Shown here piece by piece: positions 39,600 to 52,453 of a stretch of 64,000 nt of DNA. A program made the translations under genes and the position numbers. The first letter of the stretch is position 1. The number at the start of each line of letters is the position of its first letter. This stretch comes from Camelus dromedarius (Eukaryota): positions 8,680,001-8,744,000 of the forward strand of contig NC_087436.1 of the NCBI RefSeq assembly GCF_036321535.1, written 5' to 3'. The notes below the pieces were generated by a model. That model was not told the DNA's origin. It worked only from the letters and a program-made list of their open reading frames with translations, and did not search any database.

Positions 39600-41930
39600 G
39601 CATAGATACATGGAAAGAGTGTCATACTTATCAAACCATAAGATGAAGCTGAGAAATCTGCAAAATCACACTGCTGTTGAATCCATCACAGTGCTGACTT
39701 TGAAGGGCAATCATGAGAGTAAAATCTGAGGAATGTTGGCATGAGCCTCCAGAGACAAGACACTGGCAACCCCTCAGCTCTCCCAGAGCACTGGAAGTGT
39801 TAGGTGGTTAGATAAGTGGGAGCACCAGGCAGATAAAGTGGAGGAGAGGCAGCAGGGTCCAGAAGATGGTGTTATGCCCACCTTCAGCACAAACGGGCTT
39901 TACTTCTAAATGAGGGCAAGCAGGAAACCAGTTAGAACTCAAAGGCTGCAACTGCTCGGTAGCAACAAGGACCTAACAGGACATGACCCAGGGCTCACTG
40001 TGATATAATTAGCATTGTGGTTTAGAACCCCCCATGAGTTTTTCTGTGTGCATCATGGGTAAGGACATGTGCAAATTGGGACGAGCATGACTTAGCACTC
40101 CAGGGGCAAGAGCCGTCAATCAGTCAAAAGATCACCACTGAGTGAGGGTAGAAGAGAAGGGGACAAACAAACACCATTGCTATCTACTCTTGGATCAGCC
40201 TGCCTCCCATTCTTGGAGGTGTACATCCCGTTTGCAAATAAAACCTTTAAAATCTTTTGCTACACAACGCTTCATCTCCCATGTGAATTCTTATCTATCA
40301 GGTAAGTCAAGAACTGGAGTCTTTTCCTTCCCCATTTTGGGGAACAGAAGGAAACAAGGTGGCCATGCAAACAGGTACAAAAAACATCAACTAACTCCTT
40401 AATGAACTGCTCAAAGCTGAGCATCCCCAATTGGGAGAGTATGGAGTCCTGGGAGCACAGACTGTTGCAACCCCTTCTCCATGGACCTCACTGGTTGCTT
40501 GTGAAAAAGCCTGGGGGCAGGAAAGAGTGGAGAAAGCTTCCCTCACAGTTGAGATGGTCCTGCGGTCCTGTGACCTCACTGCTGAGGAAGAAAACAATTC
40601 TTAACTGGATCCTCTCCCCAGTGGAATAAAGTCTTAAGATGCTGAAAAAAAAAAAAAAGGGCAGTGAATCCTGTCACTTTCAGTGGGTGAAAACTCACGG
40701 AGCTTGGGAAAAGAAGCGAGGCAAGACAACCTCCTAGATTCAGAAAATTAGAGATTTTTTTACACGGGAGCAGGGCAGGATCACTGAGAAAACTTGGCTC
40801 CAAGGACTCAGAGACACGTGAGCCGCCTAAGACTGCTGTTAAATGAAGAACAAGTGGAAAGCCTCTTCGTTCCTTACCACCAGGACCGAGAAACAAGCAA
40901 CAGCAGACTACCCCCAGCACAGGGACAAGCGCACACAGGGGCGGAGATACAGGGGCGGAGATGCAGGGTCACAGGGAAGCTCTAAAACCAAGGGACCAAA
41001 TGCAGTCCAGAATAAAACTCAGATAGTCTATCAATCTAGCTCCCGCCTTAACTGCAAGGTGACACTGAAGGAACCTGAGGCTGGCTGTGCATGGAAGGTA
41101 ATTGAAGCAATCAACCAAACAGAAACACAGCTCACCTCCTCAATAAAAACCTAGCAGAAAAAGAGGCATGCCTATTTCCAGCCTTAAATACTATTTACTT
41201 TGGTTTCTGCTCCCCTACACAGAGTATGTAGATTTCAACTAAAAGTTATGAGACCTATGAAATGGAAAGGAATAAAAAAATCCACTGTTGAAAGATAAAA
41301 CAAATAATAGAAGTGGAAATCAGACAGGGGATGTAAAATCACTATGATTAATATGTTACAAGCTCCAGTGGAAAGAATTGAAGACATTCATGAATAGATG
41401 GGTCATTTCAGCAGAGAAGTGGAAACAATAAGAAAATGTCAAAGGGCAGGCTGGGAATAAATTTAAACATATGCCCTGTAACGGAGATGCAGAATGTCTT
41501 TGACAGGCTCATCGGTAGACCTGACACATCCAAGGAAAGCCTTGGTGAACTTGAATATAGGTCAACAGACATCACTCAAATGAAAACAAGAGAGGAAATT
41601 GTTGAAAAAATTTAATCATTTGAATTTAAAAGAACAGAGAGCTGTATGCCCATATCAGTCTAAAATATGTTTAATTGAAATCCCAGTAGGAAAAAAGTGA
41701 AAGAATAAGGAAAAAAATATTTTTAAATGAATGGTCAAGAAATTTCAACAAATAATGAATTAAAAACAACCCAGAAATATATTCATACTGCTGAAGACCA
41801 AAGATGAGTAGAAATATTAAACTCTGTCAGAGAAAAGTACATGATGGTCTTCAGGAAATGGAAAGTCTTTCAGGTTTTTGAGACCAGGAGCAACCAGAAT
41901 AAAGGCATCAATGTGCCTGAAAAAAAAATG
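39600..41930 (+). mobile_element. Old L1 5'UTR plus ORF1 remnant, interrupted by an LTR
   Basis: actatgattaatatgtt...catgaatagatgggtcatttcagcagagaagtggaaac...gaatgtctttgacaggctcatcggtagacctgacaca...gtgaacttgaatataggtcaacaga (ORF1 coiled-coil region). Confidence 0.75.
39798..40346 (+). mobile_element. Solo LTR, ERV1-like (family A)
   Basis: TGTTAGG...GGAACA termini, perfect TSD gaag at 39794-39797 and 40347-40350, AATAAA 40237-40242; homologous to 7208-7769. Confidence 0.9.
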
Positions 41931-42214
41931 TGTATAATTTAGAGAAGTGAATGATCCACCAAAGGGGTTAAGAGAAATCAGAGAAGGGAGGTAACAAGAT
42001 CAATTATCCAGTGTAACGTACACTTTTCCCAGCTAAGAGAAGTTGGATCACTCAGTCATCTATAGTACAAAAATCATCAATTAACTGTATGAACATATAT
42101 AAATAACAAATATATGCAATTTAAAGTGATCAGATTCTGATGCTATTATATATTCAAATGATAAAATGAATCATCTCTTGGTATTTGTACTCCAATAATA
42201 TTCATTTCTGATGA

Positions 42215-42458
42215 TTTTTTTTTAATTGACATATAGTCAGTTTACAATGTTGTGTCAATTTCTGGTGTCCAGCACAATGTTTGTCAGACATTTACATACA
42301 TATATTCCTTTTCATATTCTTTTTCATTATAGGTTACTACAAGATATTGAATACAGTTCCATGTGCTACACAGTATGAACTTGTTGTTTATCTATTTTAT
42401 ATCTAGTAGTTAGTATCTGCAAATCTCAAACTCCCAATTTATCCTTCCCTACCCCATT
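42215..42458 (-). mobile_element. 5'-truncated L1 3' end
   Basis: ttaattgacatatagtcagtttacaatgttgtgtcaatttctggtg...tatctgcaaatctcaaactcccaatttatccttcc; same family as 2278 and 63655. Confidence 0.88.
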
Positions 42459-42699
42459 TTGATTTTCTTTTCAATAGCATTTGCTTCTTACTTTCAAAGT
42501 AATTTCAATAATTATCTTTCCAATATCTTCTTAGGTCAATTTTAATATTCCATTAAGTTGAGCTTAATATCCATTGATAGATATTTTAAATTTCATGGAT
42601 TAAACTGGCAAATAATATTATGCAAAATCCACCCAGCTTTACCACCATGAATGATGTCTTGAATCAGAAGAGCTCTGGGACCCTGAAGGAAGCAAGCAC

Positions 42700-43370
42700 A
42701 TCACTCAGGAACTAATCCAGAGGCAAGAACCACACAGTAACTTGAATGTGGACATTTTAATTAAAACTATTAACTATAACAGGGAATTGTCTGCTAAAGA
42801 GTAAAGGATCCTATAAAGAATATAGGACTAACAGATATAGGAAAAACCAGAACCCCTAGAGATGAGATCATGAACCACAGGGAGAGACTCCTTTCCTGCA
42901 GTGTGGACAGCACCCGAACCTCTTTGTAGAGGGTGGGTACATCCATGGCTCATTAGAGACTGGAGAAATTCATCGAGGCTGGAAAGCCTCCCAGGGAATA
43001 CAGGAAGACATTTTTGATAGGACGTACCCATCTGGAAACCCCCCACTGAGAAGTCACTGTGGAGTTGCTGGAGAAATCTGCCCCTCCCCTGGGGACTACT
43101 CTGAGCTGCTATAAATCAGGTACTTTTGGAGTCAAGGGACTGGGGGAGCTGTGCCCTCTGCTGAGCTTGGAAGTTGCACATGGTGCAGGAGGCTGCCTAG
43201 AAAAACCCAGCAGACTTGGAAGAGAAACCCTTTCTTACTCTAGTGTCTCTCTGGTACTCTCTACTAACAAAGCCACAGGAGAAACATCCACAGGGTCCAT
43301 ATATATTATTCCAGAGCAGTCATTTAAGGGTGATTTGCAGCAGAGAGGCAATGTACCAATAACTAGTACA
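42700..43370. mobile_element. Probable ancient LTR element
   Basis: GC-richer block with aactattaactataacagggaattg and gggtgatttgcagcagagaggcaat motifs reminiscent of old ERVL LTRs; family not identified. Confidence 0.35.
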
Positions 43371-44024
43371 TCACATTTTAATATCTCTCAAGAAAAATGC
43401 ATGCAGAAAAGAAACAGTCAGCTATATGGTCTAGTGTGAGCCACACATTTTGCACTACACATACTTTTTTTTTTTACCAGTAATAAGAGGAAAGAAAGAG
43501 ACAACACAGAGAAAAAAATTCAAAAGTACTGCAGAGCTAGTGACATCATTGTTTTCAATTTGGAAAAACTCATCAAGCTGTAAACTTAAGGTTTATACAC
43601 TTGTCTTATCATTTTTATATTTAAATAAAGACTTTTAAAATAAAACATACATGTGGCAAAGTTTAATTTCTGATCACACAGCACTCCATAGAATTCATGT
43701 ATTTAGCTACTGGCATATGTATTTCTCTTTATTGTAATTGCCTATTCAAAGCAAGGACTCTGAATTGAAGATAATTGTATTTCCATGCTCTCAATAAAGG
43801 TTTGTTTTTTAAAAAATTGAATAATGAGTTTATTTTGGAAGGAAAGACTTGTCATACAAAATATGTATTTTCTTTGACTTCTTAGAAATTCCTAGTTTGC
43901 CTCTAATTGAAGGTAATAGCCATTATAAATGCCTTCAGGAAGCTAGTGATACTGTATAGTACTTATGTTATAGTGAAAAAAAAAACAATAAATGACCCCC
44001 ATGTAATTCACTAAGTTATTTTAA

Positions 44025-44342
44025 ACTGAAGTATATTTGACTAACAATATATTAGATCAGGTGTATAGCATAGAAAATTCTGTATTTTTATAGATTATAC
44101 TGCATACAAAGCTATTATAAAACAGTGACTATATTCTTTGTGCGCTCCATTAGGTCTTTTTGTAACTTGTTTTATGCATAGTAGCTCATGCCCCATAATC
44201 CTCTATAATGGCTTTGCCTCACCCCACAACCCTGTCTCCTGGCGACCAACACTCTGTTCTCTGTACCTGTGAGTCTGTGTTTCTGCTTTGTTATACCTGT
44301 TCCTTTGTCTTATCATTATTATTATTATTATTTTTTAGATTA
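44025..44342 (-). mobile_element. L1 3' end fragment
   Basis: tgaagtatatttgactaacaat...tcaggtgtatagcatag...cctggcgaccaacactctgttctctgtacctgtgagtctg...ttttagat. Confidence 0.8.
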
Positions 44343-44783
44343 TGTAATAGAAAAGAACAAATCTGACTCCACATTAGATCTGTTCCTTTGACTTTAACCC
44401 TGCGCCCTATTTTCTAGGCTTGGTCTTGCTAGCTCTGCACTCACGTAAAGATAACAAGTTGCAGAATAGAGAATAACATTTGTTTTGTTGGAGGTTTACA
44501 GGGGCACCATGACCTGACCCATGTGGACAGCTGCAAGAACAAAGGATTCCAAGAACAGAAATTCCTACACCAAGAAGTTTGTAACAACCAAACCTCCTCC
44601 CTTTTTCAGTATAAAAGGAGCATGAATTGTGACTTGAGGAAGATTGTTCTCCAGGACACTAGTCCCCCATCGTCTCAGTCTGCTGGCTTTCTGAATAAAG
44701 TCACTATTCTTTGCCACAGTGCCTCATCTCCAGATTTATTGGCCTGTTGTGTGGCAAACAGAATGAGTTTGGACTCAGTGAGG
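44343..44783 (+). mobile_element. Solo LTR, ERV1-like (family B), internally deleted and 3'-eroded
   Basis: TGTAATAG...caaatctgactccacattagatc; TATAAAA 44610-44616; AATAAA 44694-44699; colinear with 58490-59009. Confidence 0.88.
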
Positions 44784-46390
44784 CAACCTCGTGTCCTAAA
44801 ATTATCATCTCTAAAAGAGAGATATTAGTGATAAAGACCATGTGACAAAGCTAAATAATTTATTTCGTCAAAAGTATTTACAAATGTGTCTGCCACAGTA
44901 CAGTTGTAATATAAAGGCTTATATTGTCTTTTTTTGTTACAATAATTTTAAATAGTTCAACAATTGTAGCTTAAGGCTGAGATTTGCATATGTTACCCAC
45001 TATATATAAAAATAGATCAAAAAAACTTTTTTTAATTTAAAAAAAGATTGAGTATTGAAGGTTTAATATGCTTGGAGTTACTTAAGTTTAAAGAGCACAT
45101 TTTCTTAGTATCTTTTCAACTGTAAAGTACAAGATTTGTTCCCCATGTAACTTTTCTGGAACATATCTGGTCTGTGAACTGACTGCCAGAGTAAGTACAT
45201 AGAATACAGAAAATACAATGAAGTCTGAAGGTCATGTATGAAATATTCATATTCTGAGAAGACTTTGATTGAAACAAACATGATAAAGTATGCAAAACAT
45301 GAATTCCTAATGCAGTTCAATTATATTTCATGTCATTGACTAATTAATACAATCATGTTTATGTTTTACTTTTTAATGCTTACAACACTATACCTATATT
45401 ACACTCCCAAATTCTTTTATGCTGAAAGAAAGATAGTATTTGAGCATTTACATTTTAAAAATGAGATGGGCTTATAATGGATTATTGCTATTTAAATACT
45501 TGTACTTTCAATTTATTTGAACTCCCTGAAGAGGGAACCTCACAGGGTAGCTTTATATTAGTTAGGACCAATCTCTTCAGTCATATTTGATACTCTTGTT
45601 TAATAATTATTTTATCCCAAATTAATTAATAAAATTAGTAGACTATTAAAGCTTAATTATCCTGTAGGGCTTCTGTTAAACTGCTCAGTGTTGTTCTGTA
45701 TGCACCCTAAGATCTGACGTTAACAATTATGTGATTCTGAGAAAGTAAGTTGAGCTCCTTGAACCTGCTTCCTCATCTTGAAAATAAGGTTAATAAAACT
45801 TGATTAAATAAGTTTGGGGCCAATTAATCTTCTGCTATATTACCTACTGCAAAATAGCCATTCATTAAATCAGAAGTAATTTGGAAGTAATTTAGCAGAG
45901 TGGCAAAAGCAAGGATTTTGAAATCAGAACCTTGGAAAGGATTTGGATTCTATTATGTACTTGCTGTGTATGTTTCACAAGTTAACTGCTTTCATTGATT
46001 ACTAAGAATAAAAATGTTTATGTTGCATGAAACATGCACATGAAGTCTCTGGTAAATTGCAAGCAATCAGTATCATCGGCATTTCTAATTATATTCCAAC
46101 TATCTGTTCTCATCAATAAATCTTCCACCTATACTCAGATAGAAAACCATTCCTATATTTTATCCATTATACTATACACTATATTTAAAATAATTTTATT
46201 CTCAAGAATTAAGTATTCACAATCATTAAAAATTCATCAATCCCTCCTCATCATTTGGTGGATAATAGCACCAAAAACAGTGAAGTAAAGGAGAGCCTCA
46301 ATTTAAATATATGACTACAATCAGGTGTCTATTATTATCCTTTACAAACTCTCAGAGAGGTTCACTGAGATGATAGAAACTGTAATCAGC

Positions 46391-46840
46391 TGTAGATGAA
46401 GAAGGTCACCTTCGCTATCCGTAAACAAAGGATGTTGTGGCCATCAAGCTATAAACCACTGTGGCCACCTTGTTTGTGCATCCTGAGGGGACTCAGGATG
46501 GAGAAGATGGAACGCTGGCCCTAGATGGTTAAGGTACATAACAAAGGAATGATTTCAATGAGCCCAGACTTTTGCATCTTCCCATAGATAGAAACGTGGT
46601 AAATTCATTAACTTGAGGTGTCTGGTTCTCTGTAATGAACAGTAATCTTTGGATGTTTTGATTACCTGGTTTTTGTTGGGAAAATTCCTATATCTCATGG
46701 CTCCTCCCTTAACTCTTTGGAGGAGTCCCTCAGAGTGATCTGAGAGGCTGTCTCCCGTGCTTGAGTCCTCAGGATATCCACTGAATAAAACAATTCTCAA
46801 AGTTCAGGTTGTGCCCGCCCCTCCCCACCCCCAGGTGACA
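46391..46840 (+). mobile_element. Solo LTR, ERV1-like
   Basis: TGTAGA...TGACA termini, cctatat box, AATAAA 46784-46789; no clean TSD. Confidence 0.75.
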
Positions 46841-46984
46841 CAATCAAAAAGGCTCAGGTGAAATAAATAAATACAAGATTAAAAATAAATAATAGCAGAG
46901 AAAAGCCTCCTGAATAATTAGGAATTTATGTATTCTCATCCTCCAGATTCACATACAAAGGCTACGTAACAAAAAAGAGTGAGT

Positions 46985-47130
46985 TTTTCAGGGAACTATA
47001 TTCCACATCTTGTAGTAACCTATAATGAAAAATAATCTGAAAAGGAATATATGTGTGTATATGTATGACTGAAACATGATGCCGGTCACCAGAAATTGAT
47101 GCAACATTGTCTGACTTTACTTCATTAAAG
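46985..47130 (+). mobile_element. Short L1 3' fragment
   Basis: cagggaactatattccacatcttgtagtaacctataatgaaaa...caccagaaattgatgcaacattg. Confidence 0.8.
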
Positions 47131-48534
47131 TGCATTTTTCAAATGTTATAACTATATCTAAGAAAAGACTCTAATGTTTTTGCCTCTTTAAATATCAAAA
47201 TCTTTAAACATGAAAAATATTTAAAGAGTTATACACCTCTTTGTTATTGCATAAAAAATTATCATTGTTTCATTGAAGGTTATCACCCCCGTCACACAGA
47301 AATGTTTCAAGTGACAATGAGATTGAATTACCCTCATTAGATCAAATAAACATTAAAATCAAATGTGTTCTCCATTTCTTCCAGTGCTTCTATAATTTAC
47401 ACTGTCATTATGCTTCTGGTACCATCAACATTTTCCATAATTGCATGTATATAAAGTTTGTAACAGGCTGTTGTAGCAATACATTTAAAAAATGTACCAG
47501 ACTTAGTTTTCCTTCTGTCAAAGTTATTTTATTATGCCACACCTTTTGAAATTGTTTGGATTCTATCTGCTACTCAGCAATCACATTCTCTTAATAATGC
47601 TCTTGGTAATCTGACTTTAAAAGAGCAACATATTCTTTTTCTTTCCTAAAGTGTATCTTCAGACTTTACTATTAGAAAGTGTGGAGAGAACTATGTCAGA
47701 CACTTACAACTCTGATCTCGTATAAAAGTTTATCATCTTCATTTTACAGTGAAGAGGCTTTAAATCTCAGTCCAGATCTCTCAGCAGGTGAAGGGTACAA
47801 AGGCAAAGACCCTGGCCTTCACACACATCATTTTGCCTCCCTACTGCCTGGCCTAACTTGCCTTAGCTCGATACTCAAGTCATGATTATGAACAAAATGT
47901 ACTTCGTCAAAGCAATTTTGTCCTTTTTCATTCATCATTTTATAAATATTATAGATATGAATTTTTGTTTCCCAATATTTCCTATAATTTACTTCTTTCA
48001 TTTTATTTCTAATCCACAGGTAATAAACCCCAAGGTTGTATTTGTGAAGTCTTTGCCAAGATCACTACGTATTCATTACTATTTATAATTTACATTTGCA
48101 GGGCAAAAATATACATTCGGAATATACATAAACATGTTTTAAAGCTATCTATACATCGTCTTACATGTTTGATATTTCTTCAGGATAGACCACCTGATAT
48201 TTGAGAAATAAAGTTTGCATTACTACAGTCCGACAAAACCCTTAGGCTAAATTAGTTTGCTTTTGGTTGTTGCAGTCATGGACACTAGACTGTAGCACAC
48301 TGCTATAGAAACAGGGCCTGGCATGTCTTATGCTTTATAAATCCAACCAAAGCTTATATTCATCTTGTCAGTTCCCTGACACAACGTTCACAAAACTTTA
48401 AACAAAATTTTTTCTCAAGTCTCACTCATTAAACTATCATGAAAGTTATGGAAACTTTTAATCTACTTTATAAATAAAATGTGTGAATTCTTGTCTCTTC
48501 TCTCCCCTCATTTAAAACATACCCCTTTTTCAAA

Positions 48535-48705
48535 TATAATCTGAACATCACTTGCATCAGAATCCCAACGAGTGCTTGTCTAAAAATATAGATTCCGACT
48601 TCTAGAGCATGTTATTTACTAGATTGTGAAAGGGGACAGAACACTGCACACTTAAAATCTCCTGAGATGATTTTTAACATGTATTAATATTTGAGACCCA
48701 CTATG
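48535..48705. mobile_element. MER5-type hAT MITE remnant
   Basis: tgcatcagaatccc...gtgcttgtctaaaaatatagattcc...gatgatttttaac...tttgagacccact. Confidence 0.55.
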
Positions 48706-50479
48706 CTCCTACTTTTGGGCCTTTCTCAGTGGAAGAGATAAAGCTCTCCCTCATTTCCAAGAATGAAATATTTAGTTTCCTTAACCATATTACCTCACAC
48801 TTTCCCTTGTCATTCTTTCTAAAATATCCTCTTTTATCTCAAGTTATCTACAAAGCTAGTAACACTTCTCCTTTTGTTTACAAATAATTTTGATTTCTCC
48901 TAATAAAAATGAACCTGATCCAGCTGCACTGCCTGACATTTCAGCCCCAATATAGCTAATTTTTGCCTTGACCAATCTTCTTGAAATAAAAATTTACACC
49001 TGTAATATCTTCTATCAAATGCTGCTGATAATTTTTACATCTATGTAGCATAGTTCATGTTGGTATTATCATATATTTCTTGGCTAAGCCTCATTTCCAA
49101 ACTTTAACAACTGTCCTTATTGATAGAAGAGTGAACATAAGAATCAATTTGGAAATCTGGAATTGTGTAGGGCATAAGCACACGGGTGTGAGAACTGTTA
49201 CAAAACTCATCATACACAGAGCCTCGGGCCATTGGCACATTGCTCCTTTGGCTTGGAGACCAACAATGGATGGTAGAAAATGAGAGAATGTTGCTGACTG
49301 TAGGAAAAAAAAATACATTATCGGCACACAATGTTCATGTCAAGCCCTTCCTATCATGACATTTTTTACTCTAGAAGCATTAGGTTAAAAATTAGCCACA
49401 TGATTCAGTAGTGCAGACGGGATATTAGGTTTGTTGACCCTGCCTTCTCCACTTTCTTTGCCTGAAATACTTCCATGATGTCAGAAGTGCAGGAACTGTG
49501 ATAAAGGAAGGCAAGGAGTGAGGGAAGAAGCCACCTGGCTCCAGATGCCACAGTTGACCAATCTCACTCTAGCTTGCCCAATCTTGACTTCTGTTACGAC
49601 AGGCAATCACCTCCTTATGTATTTAAGACATTATTTTTTTTTAGTTTTCTGTTACTAGTAAGCATATTCAGTCCCCAGTTAAGACAAAGATGATGCATCA
49701 GTTAGGGGCAACTTCCAATTTATTTTTTAATTGTTTTGATCATAACTCCAGTGTTGTTCAAGCATTTTCAGTGCACCTCCCTCCTCCATTTTCTCAGACA
49801 TTCAGTTCACACCAAAATCCACACCTGGACATTCTAGCCTTGTGCAAACATAGACCCCGAATGTCAACAGATGTCATCAAAATCTGGCCTCTTATTGGCT
49901 CTATCTCTCTGTTCTAATCTTTTATGTGATGCTTTCAGGCTGATTCTATACACACAATGTCTCATTGTATGAGATTCTAGCAGTATTTCTTTATAAACCT
50001 AAAGTGAGCAGAAAGAGCTTGACAAACTGATCATTTCATCAGAAAAGTTGGGATTGATGATGACTTTGTTTTGATGGATTGACTGGATTATGCATGCTCC
50101 TCTGGAGCTGGGGGTGAGGTCAACCTCATTCAAACCCACAGACACAGAATAATAGATGCTTAATTTTAAGAAAATCAAGAAAAGCTGGACAGGCAAAATT
50201 GAGAAGACAAAAGAAAATCTTTCCTCACTGCGACTGCCTTAATTTTGACTTTTTGTATTTTCCTGAAATTAATATCAACTCTTTCTTAAATCCCCTGTTT
50301 TCAGCACTTCAATAATACATGCCATCCCACATTGTCTCAGTTGCGTCCTCTAACCAACTGTCTTGTCTTCCAGCATCTAAGTTCCTTTAATATCTTCCAT
50401 TCTGGACTATGCTTGAATAGGGGTAACTGAGTAGAATTTTTCCACTACTGCCCAAGGCAGGAGACTCTGGAATTGGAGT

Positions 50480-52135
50480 CTGATCAAGTTATGTGCCTAC
50501 TACAATAAGATTGAACACCCTTCAAAGGAAGAAAAAAAATAATCCAGATTATCTATACTATTTTGTTCTTCTTGTCCAATATCCAATTAAAAATCAACCA
50601 TATAGGCAAGCAGGAAAATTTCACCAAAGTCAAGAGAAAGAAAAAAAAGCACTCAATAAAAACTGACCATTAGATGACTTAGCTGTTGCAGTAAGTAAAC
50701 AAGGACTTTAAATAGGATATTATAAATAGTATTAAGAACTTGATTAAAAAAATACAAATAAGGATTAAAGAGATTTCAGCTACAAACTATATAAAATGTA
50801 GTATATAGCCTATATATAATAATGTATACTATTATCTATTATATTATATACTTAATATATAAATATATATCACAATATATAACATACTTATATATTATAC
50901 ATTAAATATTGTGTACATTATATATCCAAATTAAAAATTTTACAGCTGAAAAGTCAATAAATAAAATTAAATATCATTGAATGTATTTAGCACCATGATG
51001 ATGATGGCATTAGAAAGTGTCAGTAAACTTGACCATAGATAAACAGAATTTATGCTATCTGAAAGATAAAGAGAAAAGTATTAAGGAAAAGCTAACAAAG
51101 TCTTGGAGACCTATGAAAAACTATCAATGTTAAAATATATTCTGTTGTACCACCAAAGGAAGTAAGAGAGAAAATATGTCTAGAAAAAATACTTAATTAT
51201 TAGCCCACATTTGGAAGATATCAACCTATGGCTCCAAGACACTTAACAATACTGAGATTGGGAAACTCCAAGGAAATTATTACCTAGACATATCATAGTC
51301 AAACTACTGAAATTAAAAGATAAAAGGAAAATATTTAAAGCAGGCTGAGGATAAAAAATTACATGTCACCTCTAGTGAGAAATAATGGGGCTGATGACAT
51401 AAGCATTGCTACTCCAGCTTCCTTTGGGTTTCCACTTGCACGGACTACCTTTTCCCATCTTCTCACTTTCAGTCTGTGTGTATTTTTATATCTGAAACAA
51501 GTCTCTCATAAAAAGCATACAGATAAGTCTTACTTTTGTATCCACTCAGCCTTTCTATGCCTTTTGATTGGAGGAGGTAGTTTTATCCTTGAAAACTGAA
51601 CAATGTAATCTACTAAATTAACAGAATAGTACAATCACCTTAACAGATGAGAACAAAACATTTGACAATTTTCGACTCTAATTCATGATAAAATTCATGA
51701 TGTATTAAAGCAGAAGATAACAGCTTCAATCAAATAAGGAGTATCTTGGCTATGTCAATATATCATGGCCAAATTTGCTTTATCCAGGAAACCAACATTG
51801 GTGTATATTATAAAAATCAACTAACTACAGTAAAAGATTAAAAGAGAAAATTCTCAAGACCATTCCAGAAACTCAGAAGATATACCACATGGGATAGAAA
51901 AGAATCATTGATGAGAATGACTTTTTTTAGCACACTCAGAATGAAATAAGCATCCTTTGTCTGCCAACAGACAATGCAAAACACCTAGAATAAACATCAT
52001 ACTTAAGGGTCAAACTCCAAAAGGCTCCTTTTGAGATCTGTAAGAAGAGGAAAATTCCCATTTTCACCACTTCATTCAAGATTGCACTGGAGTTTTGAGG
52101 AGCTTCTTAAAAAGAAATAAATGCTGAGAGATAGG
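50480..52135 (+). mobile_element. Fragmented ancient L1 (ORF1 remnant and RT-region fragments)
   Basis: acctagacatatcatagtcaaactactgaaattaaaagataaaag (ORF1); acatttgacaa...attcatgataaaa and caccacttcattcaagattgcactggagtt (RT region). Confidence 0.7.
51391..51572 (-). mobile_element. L1 ORF2 endonuclease-domain fragment, inverted relative to the surrounding L1
   Basis: Minus strand translates PIKRHRKAEWIQK*DLSVCFL*ETCFRYKNTHRLKVRRWEKVVRASGNPKEAGVAMLMS, matching the L1 EN N-terminus. Confidence 0.85.
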
Positions 52136-52453
52136 AAATAAAAGAACAATGTCAGGGTTCAACAATCTCAGGGCAAAATAATGGAGAAGTTTCAACAAAG
52201 TGTCAAGTAAGAATGCATCTAACTAATGCACTTATGTCTTCAATAGGGGAGATATTTATATCAGCAACTAAAGATTTATTTGTTTAGATTTATGAATAGA
52301 TTTCTGAGGTAGAAAATCTCAGTCTCATCCTAGTTTTATTTCTAGAGTTTTCTAATATCCTCAAAAGACATATCAAGCACAAGAAGGAGTAGTTAAAATT
52401 ATGTTTAAATACACACAGTTGTACTTTGGGTTATATCTAGCACTGATTTTTTT

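Noticed and set aside
43059..43439. 126-aa ORF
   Set aside because: GTG start, no domain similarity, and it lies in probable old LTR sequence.
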